The notes below the pieces were generated by a model. The model did not search any database. It was given only the letters and a program-made list of their open reading frames with translations, and had not been told where the DNA came from. From Pelagomonas calceolata (lineage: Eukaryota): a DNA stretch of 64,000 nucleotides. Made by a program: the position numbers and the translations under genes. This document shows positions 22,249 through 33,434 of this stretch, in pieces (position 1 is the stretch's first letter; each line of letters begins with the position of its first letter). The stretch is taken from NCBI GenBank assembly GCA_918797485.1, contig CAKKNE010000001.1:2232001-2296000 (forward strand). Reading direction: 5' to 3'.

Positions 22249-23607
22249 CTATTCCGACGCCAGATTCACATCACCTTTCCATCCAGCCTTGTCCCTTGCC
22301 GCGCGCGCCGCTTCCTGCAGACGGGCCACGGCTTCCTCTCCACTACCACCGCCTGCCGGCCGAAAGCGCGATTTTAAAGCGGAGAGGCTGTAGACCACGT
22401 ATGGCGTCCCACTATCAAAATACAGTGTGACCCGCGTTTTGCCCTTAATGTCCACCAACTTCACGGAAGACGACCACGAGTTTGACGCTTTGCAGGTACA
22501 GACCAAGCCTGTCTCGTTGCGGCGCTTGTTAACACAAGCCTGGCTGCACTTGGGCCGCATCTTGAACGAGAGGCCGAGCTCCGTCACGACCTTCTTTACA
22601 GACTTCGGCGCCGCCTTCGCAGAAGCGAGCGCCGCCAGGCGCGCCTCCTCAGCCGCACGCGCCTTGGCCTCTTTCACGTACGTCGCATCCGCCCGCAACG
22701 TGGCCTCCCTCGACCGCGCCCGCTCCACCACGTCCTCCTCCTTCGCGTCGAAGACCGCCAGCGCATCGTCGATGCCCACCAGCCCGGCCAAGCTCCGGAT
22801 GACCTTGACGGCCAACGCAGCAGTGGGCTGGTTCGTATCCAGCGAGGCGCACGTGTTCACGTACGAGCCCCGCATAACGGCCTCCGCCAGCAGCTTCAGC
22901 TCGTCTGCGACTCGCGCAGACGGGGGCATCTTCGACAGGCTCTCCACGGACGTGACCTTTCTCAACCGCGCCCAGTTGTCCAGCGACTCGTCCGACGTGT
23001 CCATGGCCTTCGCTTCAGTAGGCTCCGTCGCGAAGGCCGTCAGCGCGTCAGGCGCGTCCTTGCGCGTCAGCGAGCATCTCCGATCGACGCCATGCGCGAG
23101 CACATCCAAGGCGTCGCCCGTGGAGTCGCTCTGCACCGGCGCCGTGGCCGCCGACTCAGCGCTCAGCGGCCGCTCGGAGGACATCTCGTCGTCGTCGTCG
23201 TCATCTTTCGCTTTGCGCTGCTTCCTGGGACCGCTGCGCGTCAGCTTGCCGGCGTCCGGCTGGGGGCGGCGGGTCGCGGGGGTCTTGGCGCGGCGACGGA
23301 CCGCCGTCGCGCCGGCGCTTTGCAGCAGGCGGCCGCGCGCCGTCGCCGGCGCCGCGGCCTCGTCGTCGCGGGAATCGGGCGTCGGCGGCGGGGGCGCGGG
23401 CGCGCGATTGGCGCCGCGCCTTGCTCTGCGGCTGAGGACTCGCGCCCAGCTATTCGTCCCCGGCGCGCCGCTGTCGCCCAGCCGGCGCGCGGTCCTGGCC
23501 GCGGCGTCGTCGATTTGGCTTGCAGCCGCCAGGTGCTCGAGGACCATCGGGTCGTCCGGGGCCACATCCAGGAACTTGGCGACATCCTCGGCGGAGGGCT
23601 GCGCCAT
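22249..23607 (-). CDS. Hypothetical protein with disordered N-half and Cys-containing basic C-terminus
   Basis: ATG at 23607 (MAQPSAED), long ORF with coding-like composition. Confidence 0.6.
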   Translation of the reverse strand: MAQPSAEDVAKFLDVAPDDPMVLEHLAAASQIDDAAARTARRLGDSGAPGTNSWARVLSRRARRGANRAPAPPPPTPDSRDDEAAAPATARGRLLQSAGATAVRRRAKTPATRRPQPDAGKLTRSGPRKQRKAKDDDDDDEMSSERPLSAESAATAPVQSDSTGDALDVLAHGVDRRCSLTRKDAPDALTAFATEPTEAKAMDTSDESLDNWARLRKVTSVESLSKMPPSARVADELKLLAEAVMRGSYVNTCASLDTNQPTAALAVKVIRSLAGLVGIDDALAVFDAKEEDVVERARSREATLRADATYVKEAKARAAEEARLAALASAKAAPKSVKKVVTELGLSFKMRPKCSQACVNKRRNETGLVCTCKASNSWSSSVKLVDIKGKTRVTLYFDSGTPYVVYSLSALKSRFRPAGGGSGEEAVARLQEAARAARDKAGWKGDVNLASE

Positions 23608-24051
23608 TTCGGCTGATGGATGGGCTATGTGAGGTCTCCTGATCCAAGCAATCCTCCGTCGCAACCAAAAAGCAGCGCTAGCGTTGATTGACATACTAGG
23701 CGAAAAAAAGCTCGCTTGGCCGCGTCACGACTCACGTCGCGTCTATGTACAACGACATTACCACAACAAACTACCCGACACGCCGCCGCAGCAATCCGAC
23801 GCTCGTCGAGAAGGTGTGCACGAACGTCCGCCCGCCGACACTACCAGTTGTCGTAGGACCCCGGCGCGTGCGTCGTCGAGCACCTGAGGAAAAACGACGT
23901 CGTGCCTGAAAGCGGCGAGGAGGTGTTGGCGCCACAACACGTCTCGTCGACCGTCGTCGGGCGCGCCGGCTTCTTCGTGATTGTATTGGTCGGCGTGGGT
24001 GTCTGTGTGGTGGCGCGGGGGAATAGTAAACCGCTAGTTTAACACTACCTA

Positions 24052-24846
24052 CTACAAGTCAGGCGCCCGCCGCACCCACGTCACGGCCGAGAACTCCTCG
24101 AGCCCCACGGCCGCGCCGGCGAACGACGCGGCCCGCCTCCAGGGGTCTCCCAGCAGGTCTTCAACGTCGTCATCGGCCCAGGCGTGCGCCAGGACGACGA
24201 CAGTCGGGTCCAGCACGCCGAGGACGGCGTCGAGGCGGCCGACCGGCCAGTCCTCAAACTTCAGCGCCGCGCCGACGACGGCGAAGAAGGGGCCCTCAGC
24301 AAGCACCTCCCGCAGCGCGGCGTCGTCGTCCCAGTCTAATAATCGCGTGACGACGGTCCCGTTCGCGTTCTTGGCCGCGAGCGCAGGCGTCGCGCCGGAG
24401 ACGTCCGTCGCGACGGTTCCGTTCGTGTTCTCGGCGGCTAGCGCGAGGGCCGCTTCGGATATATCCGTGGCGACGACGCTGGCGCCGCAGCGCGCCAATG
24501 CGAGCGCCGCGGCACCCACTCCGCAGCCAAGCTCAAGAATGACCTTGCCCTGCCAGGAGGCGCAGTCCGACGCGAGGGCATGTGCAAGTACGGCGCCGGC
24601 CGGCCACAGCGTCGTGGGCGCGTCGTACGGCTCGGAACTGTCCTGGGCGATCTCGACGACGTCGTCCAGCGCCGGCCACCAGAGCTTGACGCGCGGCTCG
24701 TGCAGCAGCGGCAGCGCGACGGCCGCCTTCGCCGGCGGCGGGCCGTAGGCGCACGCGTGCTCGAGCCCGCGTGCGCAGGCGTCCGGGTCGAACAGCGATT
24801 CATCGAACGCCGCCGCCGCGGCCAGCACCAGCACAACCCGCCTCAT
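24052..24846 (-). CDS. METTL21/family-16-like SAM-dependent methyltransferase
   Basis: Motifs TTLWPAGAVLA, VILELGCGVG, VVATD and RLLDW. The N-terminus is signal-like. Confidence 0.85.
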   Translation of the reverse strand: MRRVVLVLAAAAAFDESLFDPDACARGLEHACAYGPPPAKAAVALPLLHEPRVKLWWPALDDVVEIAQDSSEPYDAPTTLWPAGAVLAHALASDCASWQGKVILELGCGVGAAALALARCGASVVATDISEAALALAAENTNGTVATDVSGATPALAAKNANGTVVTRLLDWDDDAALREVLAEGPFFAVVGAALKFEDWPVGRLDAVLGVLDPTVVVLAHAWADDDVEDLLGDPWRRAASFAGAAVGLEEFSAVTWVRRAPDL

Positions 24847-25052
24847 CGCTTCGCGCGGCGCTCCTTCATCAGCTTCTCCATCTCGTCGGCCGTCGGCGGC
24901 GGCGGCCCGGCCGGCGGGTAGACCGTGTAGTTAAAGAACGAGATAATCTGATTCATAATCGAGGGCTGGCTGTAGAGCACCGTGGCGGCGACGGGGAGCG
25001 CGACGTAGAGCGAGAGGCGGAAGGCCTGCAAGGATGGGCCGGCGGGGGGCAT
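24843..25052 (-). CDS. PET100-like cytochrome c oxidase assembly small protein
   Basis: 69 aa: LQAFRLSLYVALPVAATVLYSQP...NYTVYPP, then a basic helical tail. Confidence 0.6.
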   Translation of the reverse strand: MPPAGPSLQAFRLSLYVALPVAATVLYSQPSIMNQIISFFNYTVYPPAGPPPPTADEMEKLMKERRAKR

Positions 25053-25115
25053 GTTTGCAGCGCTTATAGCCGTGTTGATGGCTGAACTGGAGCAAAAAGC
25101 AAGCCAGCACAGCGC

Positions 25116-25138
25116 GCTAGCGTATAGTAAGACACTAG
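25116..25138 (-). promoter_or_regulatory. Bipartite motif CTAGTGTCTTAC-N4-CGCTAGC
   Basis: 64 nt upstream of the ATG at 25052, co-oriented. Confidence 0.6.
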
Positions 25139-25322
25139 CCAGACTTGGTACGGCTCCTTCGCGCGTCTTCCTAGCTTCTTCGGGCTTTTGTGTACTTGTA
25201 TATCCCTACAGTACGCCGTGGCGACGCACTCGGGGTCCGTGCTCTCGCAGACAGCCGATGAACGATGCCGATGAATCGGCGACGCGCGGTAACAGTAGAT
25301 ACGACACAGCGACTTAGAAGAC

Positions 25323-26213
25323 CTACACGACGCCACCAACACCAACGTCGCCGAAGGAATTATAAGAGCGCCCGTCGCCCGACAGCGACCGCGCCCGGTG
25401 CTTCAACGCCGCCTTGGATTTATGGCGCACGTTGCAGTTCGGGCAGTCCCTATGGTCGCCGTACATGATGCATAATACTTCGTCCTCGGCCAGAGCTCGG
25501 TTGTCCAGGCAGAACGCAAAGGTCACGAACGCACTGACGGTGCCAAATGAAAATTCGAAGACGTGGGCCATGCGCTTCATACCATATAAATCGTAGAGCG
25601 CGAGCTGGACGCACGCGATGGCTAGGGCCGCTAACGTTATTTGATAGGTCGACGCGTCCTTCTGCGGCGAGTCCGGCTTTCGTAGCAAGGACGCTAACAG
25701 TACTAAATTCACAAAGGCCATCGTGAGCTCGTTGAGGTATTCGATTTGATGGGCGATGGTCTCGAACTCCTCGAGGTTCAGCGTGACGAGGACCGCGGGG
25801 CAGAACGTCGCGACGACGTCGAAGAAAAGTAGGACCTTCAGCAACGTCGGCCGTCCCGAGATCGACGAGATCGCTCTAGGTGTATAAATTAATGCAAAGG
25901 CCTCGACGCACGCGTAAAAAAACGTGGACCAGAACTCGACGTGGTGCAGGATGACGCCGTCGCCTTTATAGCTTTTTAATGTCAAGAAGAGTAATACCAA
26001 GTTCATCGCCAGGTATAACAACGTCAGTAATGCTAGGACGAAGTTCACGAACGCGAGGCCTCGCAGCTCGTGCATGCGGTATAACAGAACAATGTTTGAT
26101 GAGGTATTCAGCGTGCCGTCCCGCGCTCGCGCTTGCGCGTGGGTGCGCGGGCTCCCCGCGTCCTGCAAGGGAGCGCTTTCGGTCCAGCCGGCGCCCGGCT
26201 GGGTGGCAGCCAT
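25323..26213 (-). CDS. Multi-pass membrane protein of unknown function
   Basis: About 6 hydrophobic helices, HHVEFWSTF motif and C-terminal CPNC. Confidence 0.75.
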   Translation of the reverse strand: MAATQPGAGWTESAPLQDAGSPRTHAQARARDGTLNTSSNIVLLYRMHELRGLAFVNFVLALLTLLYLAMNLVLLFLTLKSYKGDGVILHHVEFWSTFFYACVEAFALIYTPRAISSISGRPTLLKVLLFFDVVATFCPAVLVTLNLEEFETIAHQIEYLNELTMAFVNLVLLASLLRKPDSPQKDASTYQITLAALAIACVQLALYDLYGMKRMAHVFEFSFGTVSAFVTFAFCLDNRALAEDEVLCIMYGDHRDCPNCNVRHKSKAALKHRARSLSGDGRSYNSFGDVGVGGVV

Positions 26214-26707
26214 TGGCAGTGCTGCTGTCGCGACGACTGGCGTGTTCGACGGCACCTGTCTCAAGAGCGGTAGGCGGCTGCTCTGCGGTGTTCTGCGTAC
26301 GTTATCGCGTTAATAAGATGGTCGGCACTGGCCTGGGCAGCAAGAAGTGCTCCTTGCATCAGGCTAGAGTCTCGACCCGCTAGCATCTATTTAGTGAGGG
26401 GATGAGCCTGTAGGAGGCGTGCACTACACGCTAGCCGCGGCGGAAGACGCAGTCCGAACGGGCAGACCGCCGCCTGCCAAATTCAAAGGTTGCCATCATC
26501 CCAAACCAAGCGCGCAGCGGCAGCCTACACAGGCGCAACACAGAGCATACAGCACACGACGCCCTCGCCACGCCATCGTCGGCGCGCCGGCGCACGCGTG
26601 AACTCATCTATCTCCGGTGGGCAGCCCTACCACCGCAAACAAAGCACCCCATAGAGACAGCAGCTATCAGCGCGCGGCCGCGGGCAGCCGAACCGCCGCA
26701 AAGACCA

Positions 26708-27685
26708 ATGGACGCCCGCGACATCTACGCCAAGTTCAGCCGCCCGGGCCAGCTGAGCCCGCCGCCGTCGCCGCCCAAGCGCGTGTCCTTCGTGCGGGAC
26801 GCGGACATAGAAATATTTCTGGACGGCAGCGATTCGGATGATGCGCCGCCCGGTCGCGTGCCTTTACCGGTCGCGACGCCCCTGAAAAATGAAGCTGCAG
26901 ATGTCGACTCGCCCCTGAAGACGCCGCGGTCGCCCCAATCGTCGCGGAACGACGCGCTGCGGAGACGCATCGAACGGGCCATCGGTTCGCCGCCGCGGAC
27001 GCCTCAGTCTTCTTTTGGTGAGCGCGACGACGACGTGTCTTCTGTGGCGTCCTCATCGGTGGCTTCTTCCTTGATGTCCGACGACGACCACCAGGGTAGT
27101 ATGGTGACGGTGGCGGTCTATGCGCAAGATGGATCTACATTGAAAGTGTTGAGGGTACCTAGAGGTACAAATAGAGCCCTCTTGGCGAGTTCCGTCGCGC
27201 GCCAGGCCGGCGTCTCGCCGTCGCGATGCCGCGTCGTCGACGCGTCGCCTAATTCTCAAGCTTCGGAACGGCGCGCCGCCCGTCGACGGCGACGGGAGGC
27301 TCGGGCAAAAGCAAAACAGCCGAAGAGTCGCATGGCGGCGTTCCTGGCGGGCGCTGCCATCGCGTCCGCCGCCGCTTGTTGCACGTTGGCAGCATATCCC
27401 TACCTGCACAAGCGGCCGACGGCTTTGGTAATAAGCAACGAAGACGTCACCGATTTACGAGCGGAGCTCGAGGCGTTGCGCCGGGACCTTGCCCAGTCGA
27501 ACGCCGAAGTTCTGCGCCTCGCGAAGCGTGTGAAAGCGCGCCACGCCGGGACCGATCGAGGTTTAAAAAGCCTCGCGGGCGGGCTCCTGGACGTGGCGTC
27601 GCTCGGGGCGCTGCGGCGGGCCGCGGCCGCGCGGGACGCGGCCGCGCGGAAACGGAACCCGGGGGCGTTCACTAAGAAGTTCTAG
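26708..27685 (+). CDS. Hypothetical single-pass protein with coiled coil
   Basis: 325-aa ATG ORF with a TM (AAFLAGAAIASAAACCTLAAY) followed by heptads. Confidence 0.65.
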   Translation: MDARDIYAKFSRPGQLSPPPSPPKRVSFVRDADIEIFLDGSDSDDAPPGRVPLPVATPLKNEAADVDSPLKTPRSPQSSRNDALRRRIERAIGSPPRTPQSSFGERDDDVSSVASSSVASSLMSDDDHQGSMVTVAVYAQDGSTLKVLRVPRGTNRALLASSVARQAGVSPSRCRVVDASPNSQASERRAARRRRREARAKAKQPKSRMAAFLAGAAIASAAACCTLAAYPYLHKRPTALVISNEDVTDLRAELEALRRDLAQSNAEVLRLAKRVKARHAGTDRGLKSLAGGLLDVASLGALRRAAAARDAAARKRNPGAFTKKF

Positions 27686-27734
27686 TTAGTCGTTTTGAGA
27701 CCAAAGAAGAAATAACAGAGAACACACTTAGCTT

Positions 27735-28535
27735 TCAGCCGCGGCGGGCCGCGCGCGCTCGGACTCGCTGCCGAACCCAGGGATAGTCGTACACGGTCCC
27801 GAGCGCGAACTCCAGGACGCGCCAAAAGAGCGGGTCGGGGAGATCAACGCGGCCGCGCATCGTGTATTTGCGGTGCCGGCCGTCCGGCGCGCCGAAGAGG
27901 CGCACGAACACCTCCGGTGTCCGGGCACTAAACGTCGCGCGTCCGCGATGACAAAGGGCGCGCAACACGAGCAGACTTTTGTGAGGCCGGAGGAAATAAC
28001 GCGTCCAGCTGCCGGCGAGGCGGACGTCCCTTAGGAAATCGGCGCTCTCCACGATCGAGCTTGCTTCGTGAGCTCTGGCTCGAGCGAATTCTTCCGCCGT
28101 ATGACTGTCACGGGCGCGATGCTCACTATCAGCGCCAGCGCGCAGAAGCAGCCGCACCATGTCGGGACCGCCCACTGTACCAATCATCAGAGCGGTAAGG
28201 CCGGGTTGGTGACCATGTAATGCCAAATTCACGTCAGCGCCGTGCGAAAGGAGCAGCTTTAACGTGAAGAGTGATGGGGCCCAGTAGTTCAGCACCTGGT
28301 ACACGGCCGTCCTCCCGACGGGATCGGTGGCATCGATGTCAGCGCCCCGCGACAGCAAGAGCTCTACCATGCTTAGCTTGCCATACCGCGCGGCTCCTAA
28401 TAGCAGTGGATACCGGCCCGAGGCCCGGCCCGAGGCGTTGGGGTCACCGCCGCCGTCGAGCCACGCTTCTACCTCGTCGATGCTGCCAGTCTCTACGGCC
28501 CTCGCTATTCTTACCGGCGCCTGCCCAGTTTCCAT
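27735..28535 (-). CDS. Ankyrin-repeat protein
   Basis: LLLSRGADIDATD, LLLSHGADVN and LLLRAGAD repeats. Confidence 0.85.
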   Translation of the reverse strand: METGQAPVRIARAVETGSIDEVEAWLDGGGDPNASGRASGRYPLLLGAARYGKLSMVELLLSRGADIDATDPVGRTAVYQVLNYWAPSLFTLKLLLSHGADVNLALHGHQPGLTALMIGTVGGPDMVRLLLRAGADSEHRARDSHTAEEFARARAHEASSIVESADFLRDVRLAGSWTRYFLRPHKSLLVLRALCHRGRATFSARTPEVFVRLFGAPDGRHRKYTMRGRVDLPDPLFWRVLEFALGTVYDYPWVRQRVRARAARRG

Positions 28536-28958
28536 TGCTGCGGCGCCTCTGCGGCCGAGCAAAAGTGGACCAAGTCTTGTTGTGGCTCAGCAGTGCTCGT
28601 TCGACAGCGCGCGAGAGCAGGGCGCAGCCGAGGCGGCTTAAGCAATCACAAGCAGCCGCGCAAGGCCCTCACAACCGGCCAAATCGATTGATACGGCCGC
28701 GGCCACTCTTCGTCCTGGTTGATCCTAGTATCTTTACGACGCTAGCGAGTTGTTGCCGGCGCAATATTGCCACCAGCGTGCAAAGAGAGCCCTATAATGC
28801 GCTAGAGGAGAGAGGCGTCAGCTGTGCCAGCTTCTCGTCGCAAAATTCTCGCTCCCTGGTAGCATCACTGATCACAGCAAGCTGTACAGCCTCGACACTG
28901 CAGTCTAGCTGTGCAGTGATCAAATAACGATGACGAGATAACACACGGGAAAAAAACG

Positions 28959-29672
28959 ATGGACGCCAGCGCGTCGTCGTCATCGTCGTCCGACGACGAC
29001 AAGCGCCGGAAGAAAGAGAAGAAGAAGCGCAAGCGCGAACGGAAGGCGCGCAAAAAGGAAAAGAAGCAGCGCAAGCGCGCGAAAAAGGCCGCGAGGCGCC
29101 GGGAAGAAGCCTCGTCCGACGACGACGACGACGAGTACGAGGGCTGGGCCGCCGTCGACGCCGCGCAGCGAAGCCGCGCCAACGACGCCGACGCCGCGTG
29201 GCGCGACAAGCTCTTCGGGGCCTGCGCGGAGGACGGCGACGCCGAAGACCCCTTCGGGAGCGGCTGGGGCGACGCCGAAGATAACGGAGGCGACTGGTTC
29301 GAGCACGTGTCGCGGCAACGTTCAAGAGCGAGAGACCGCGAGGCCGCCGAGCGAGCTCGAGCCGCGCAAGCGGCCGCGGACGAGGAGCGGCGCCGGCGGC
29401 CGCCGCCGCTGCCGCCGACGCCGCCCCGGGAGGCGCGGCCGCCGACCCCGCCCCCAGCGCCACCACAGGTCGAGAGCCTCTACGAGGTCCTCGGCGTTGA
29501 AAGGAATGCGTCGGATCGGGACCTCCGGACGGCGTACCGGCGCCTCGCGCTGGAGCACCACCCGGACCAGGGCGGCGACGAGGCGACGATGGCGCGCCTG
29601 AATCACGCGCGCGACGTGCTCTGCGACCCGGTTTCGAGAAGGAACCATGACCGGGAGTTGGATGGGGTGTAA
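28959..29672 (+). CDS. C-terminal J-domain protein with Lys/Arg-rich N-terminus
   Basis: SLYEVLGV...AYRRLALEHHPDQGG...LNHARDVL. Confidence 0.88.
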   Translation: MDASASSSSSSDDDKRRKKEKKKRKRERKARKKEKKQRKRAKKAARRREEASSDDDDDEYEGWAAVDAAQRSRANDADAAWRDKLFGACAEDGDAEDPFGSGWGDAEDNGGDWFEHVSRQRSRARDREAAERARAAQAAADEERRRRPPPLPPTPPREARPPTPPPAPPQVESLYEVLGVERNASDRDLRTAYRRLALEHHPDQGGDEATMARLNHARDVLCDPVSRRNHDRELDGV

Positions 29673-29684
29673 TATTGTTACTGT

Positions 29685-30440
29685 CTAGAACGGCAGCAAA
29701 CTCGCGAGGTCGAAGCCGCCGCCGCCCTTCGGGAGGTCCGCGACGGCTGCCGACGCCGCCTCGACGTGCTTCTCGGGGTTCAGCTGGCCGTTGAAGACCA
29801 TCATCACCTGTGTGGAAATAACATTCCAGTCGCCCCACGCCATCGATTCGATGTCGCCCCCGTAACTCCGCGTCTGCTCGATGGCGTGAAGGCTGACGGC
29901 CGTCTCCGTAGTAGTTCTCAGGCACAGATCACGACGGTGCCGTCCTTGTCAACCACATAAGTTTCGCGGCCGCCCAGCACGAACAAATCCTTCGGGATGC
30001 CGATCTCATTGCGAATCTCGTCGTCGACGTCGACGTAGAACTGCTGAGCGTATTTGTCCGCGAAGCCGTCCTTGACGCCCTTGTCATTGCGGATGCCGAC
30101 GACCGTCACGCCGCCGAACTCGTTCGATGCCGCGTCGAAGCCCTCGGCCTGCTTCGTGCAGGACGGTGCCTCGTCCGCACCTGTGAGAGTTCGACGTCGG
30201 CCCGCGTTTACGCGCAGTCGACCAAAAATGTTGTATACGACGCTGAGCTGCACCGTAAAAGTAGAGCACGGCCGGCTTACCACTCACACCGATTTTCGAC
30301 AACGCTGGCGCGGGAAACTGCTCTCCGACAGCAATGGACATGCGCAGGGAGGTCTGCTGCTGGCGCAGTGAGCCAGCAGAAGGGGTGAAGGCAGCAGCAC
30401 TGCCGAGTGCAAGGCTGAGGAGCACCGATTGCATCTTCAT
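29685..30440 (-). CDS. Plastid peroxiredoxin Q/BCP-like
   Basis: Exons 30440-30254, 30180-29933 and 29807-29685. Signal + SAAAF, then VLYFYGADEAPSCTKQA and GRETYVVDKDG. The intron at 29808 ends in an introner TIR. Confidence 0.88.
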
Positions 30441-30628
30441 CGTGATGAATAGTTGCAATTGAGACAACTCACGCACTTACTGCTACCGAGCTGGACTCGT
30501 GTGCCTGACTGGATTGCTAGTGGTCTTATACGCTAGCCTTGCGCGGTCGACGGATCGGAGTGTCAAAAAACAAAGTTTAAGTACCGGTAGTGTCAAAAAA
30601 CAAAGTTAGAGCACCGCCAAGTACACAA

Positions 30629-33050
<2,422 letters not shown>

Positions 33051-33240
33051 TTGTCGTAATGAAGTGTCTTGTGGTCTACTTCGTGAACTACGGCTGATAG
33101 TGGTGTTTCCCGTTACGGTGCTAGGACTGGTATGTGGCCTTTTCTGTTACGATATTAGTACTAGTGGCGGGTCCCCTGGTAGAGACACATGTGGTTATGA
33201 CACGTACGATACGTATGAAACGACCAAAAACCCGCGTTTG

Positions 33241-33263
33241 CTAGTGTCTTACCGGCCGCTAGC
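33241..33263 (+). promoter_or_regulatory. Bipartite motif CTAGTGTCTTAC-N4-CGCTAGC
   Basis: Upstream of the JmjC gene, co-oriented. Confidence 0.6.
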
Positions 33264-33434
33264 TTCGTTTTGGCCGCGGCTTGCAATTTTGCCTCATCCA
33301 GCGGCGACAAACGCTGCCAGCAAGCGTTCTCTTGCAAACTGCCTGCTCGCAGCCCGCTGCCAGCGAAGCTCGTGGCCGCGCGGGCGCTCGACGCCGTTCA
33401 AATTCAAAGCGCTTGGCAGAGCGCGGGCGAGAGC

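Noticed and set aside
22427..23632. 401-aa plus-strand ORF and similar long antisense ORFs (e.g. 9164-9763, 28792-29925, 57369-58457)
   Set aside because: These are stop-poor shadows expected at high GC, opposite better-supported genes.
30559..30607. 19-bp direct repeat AGTGTCAAAAAACAAAGTT x2
   Set aside because: A simple local tandem duplication in a 3' UTR with no further structure.
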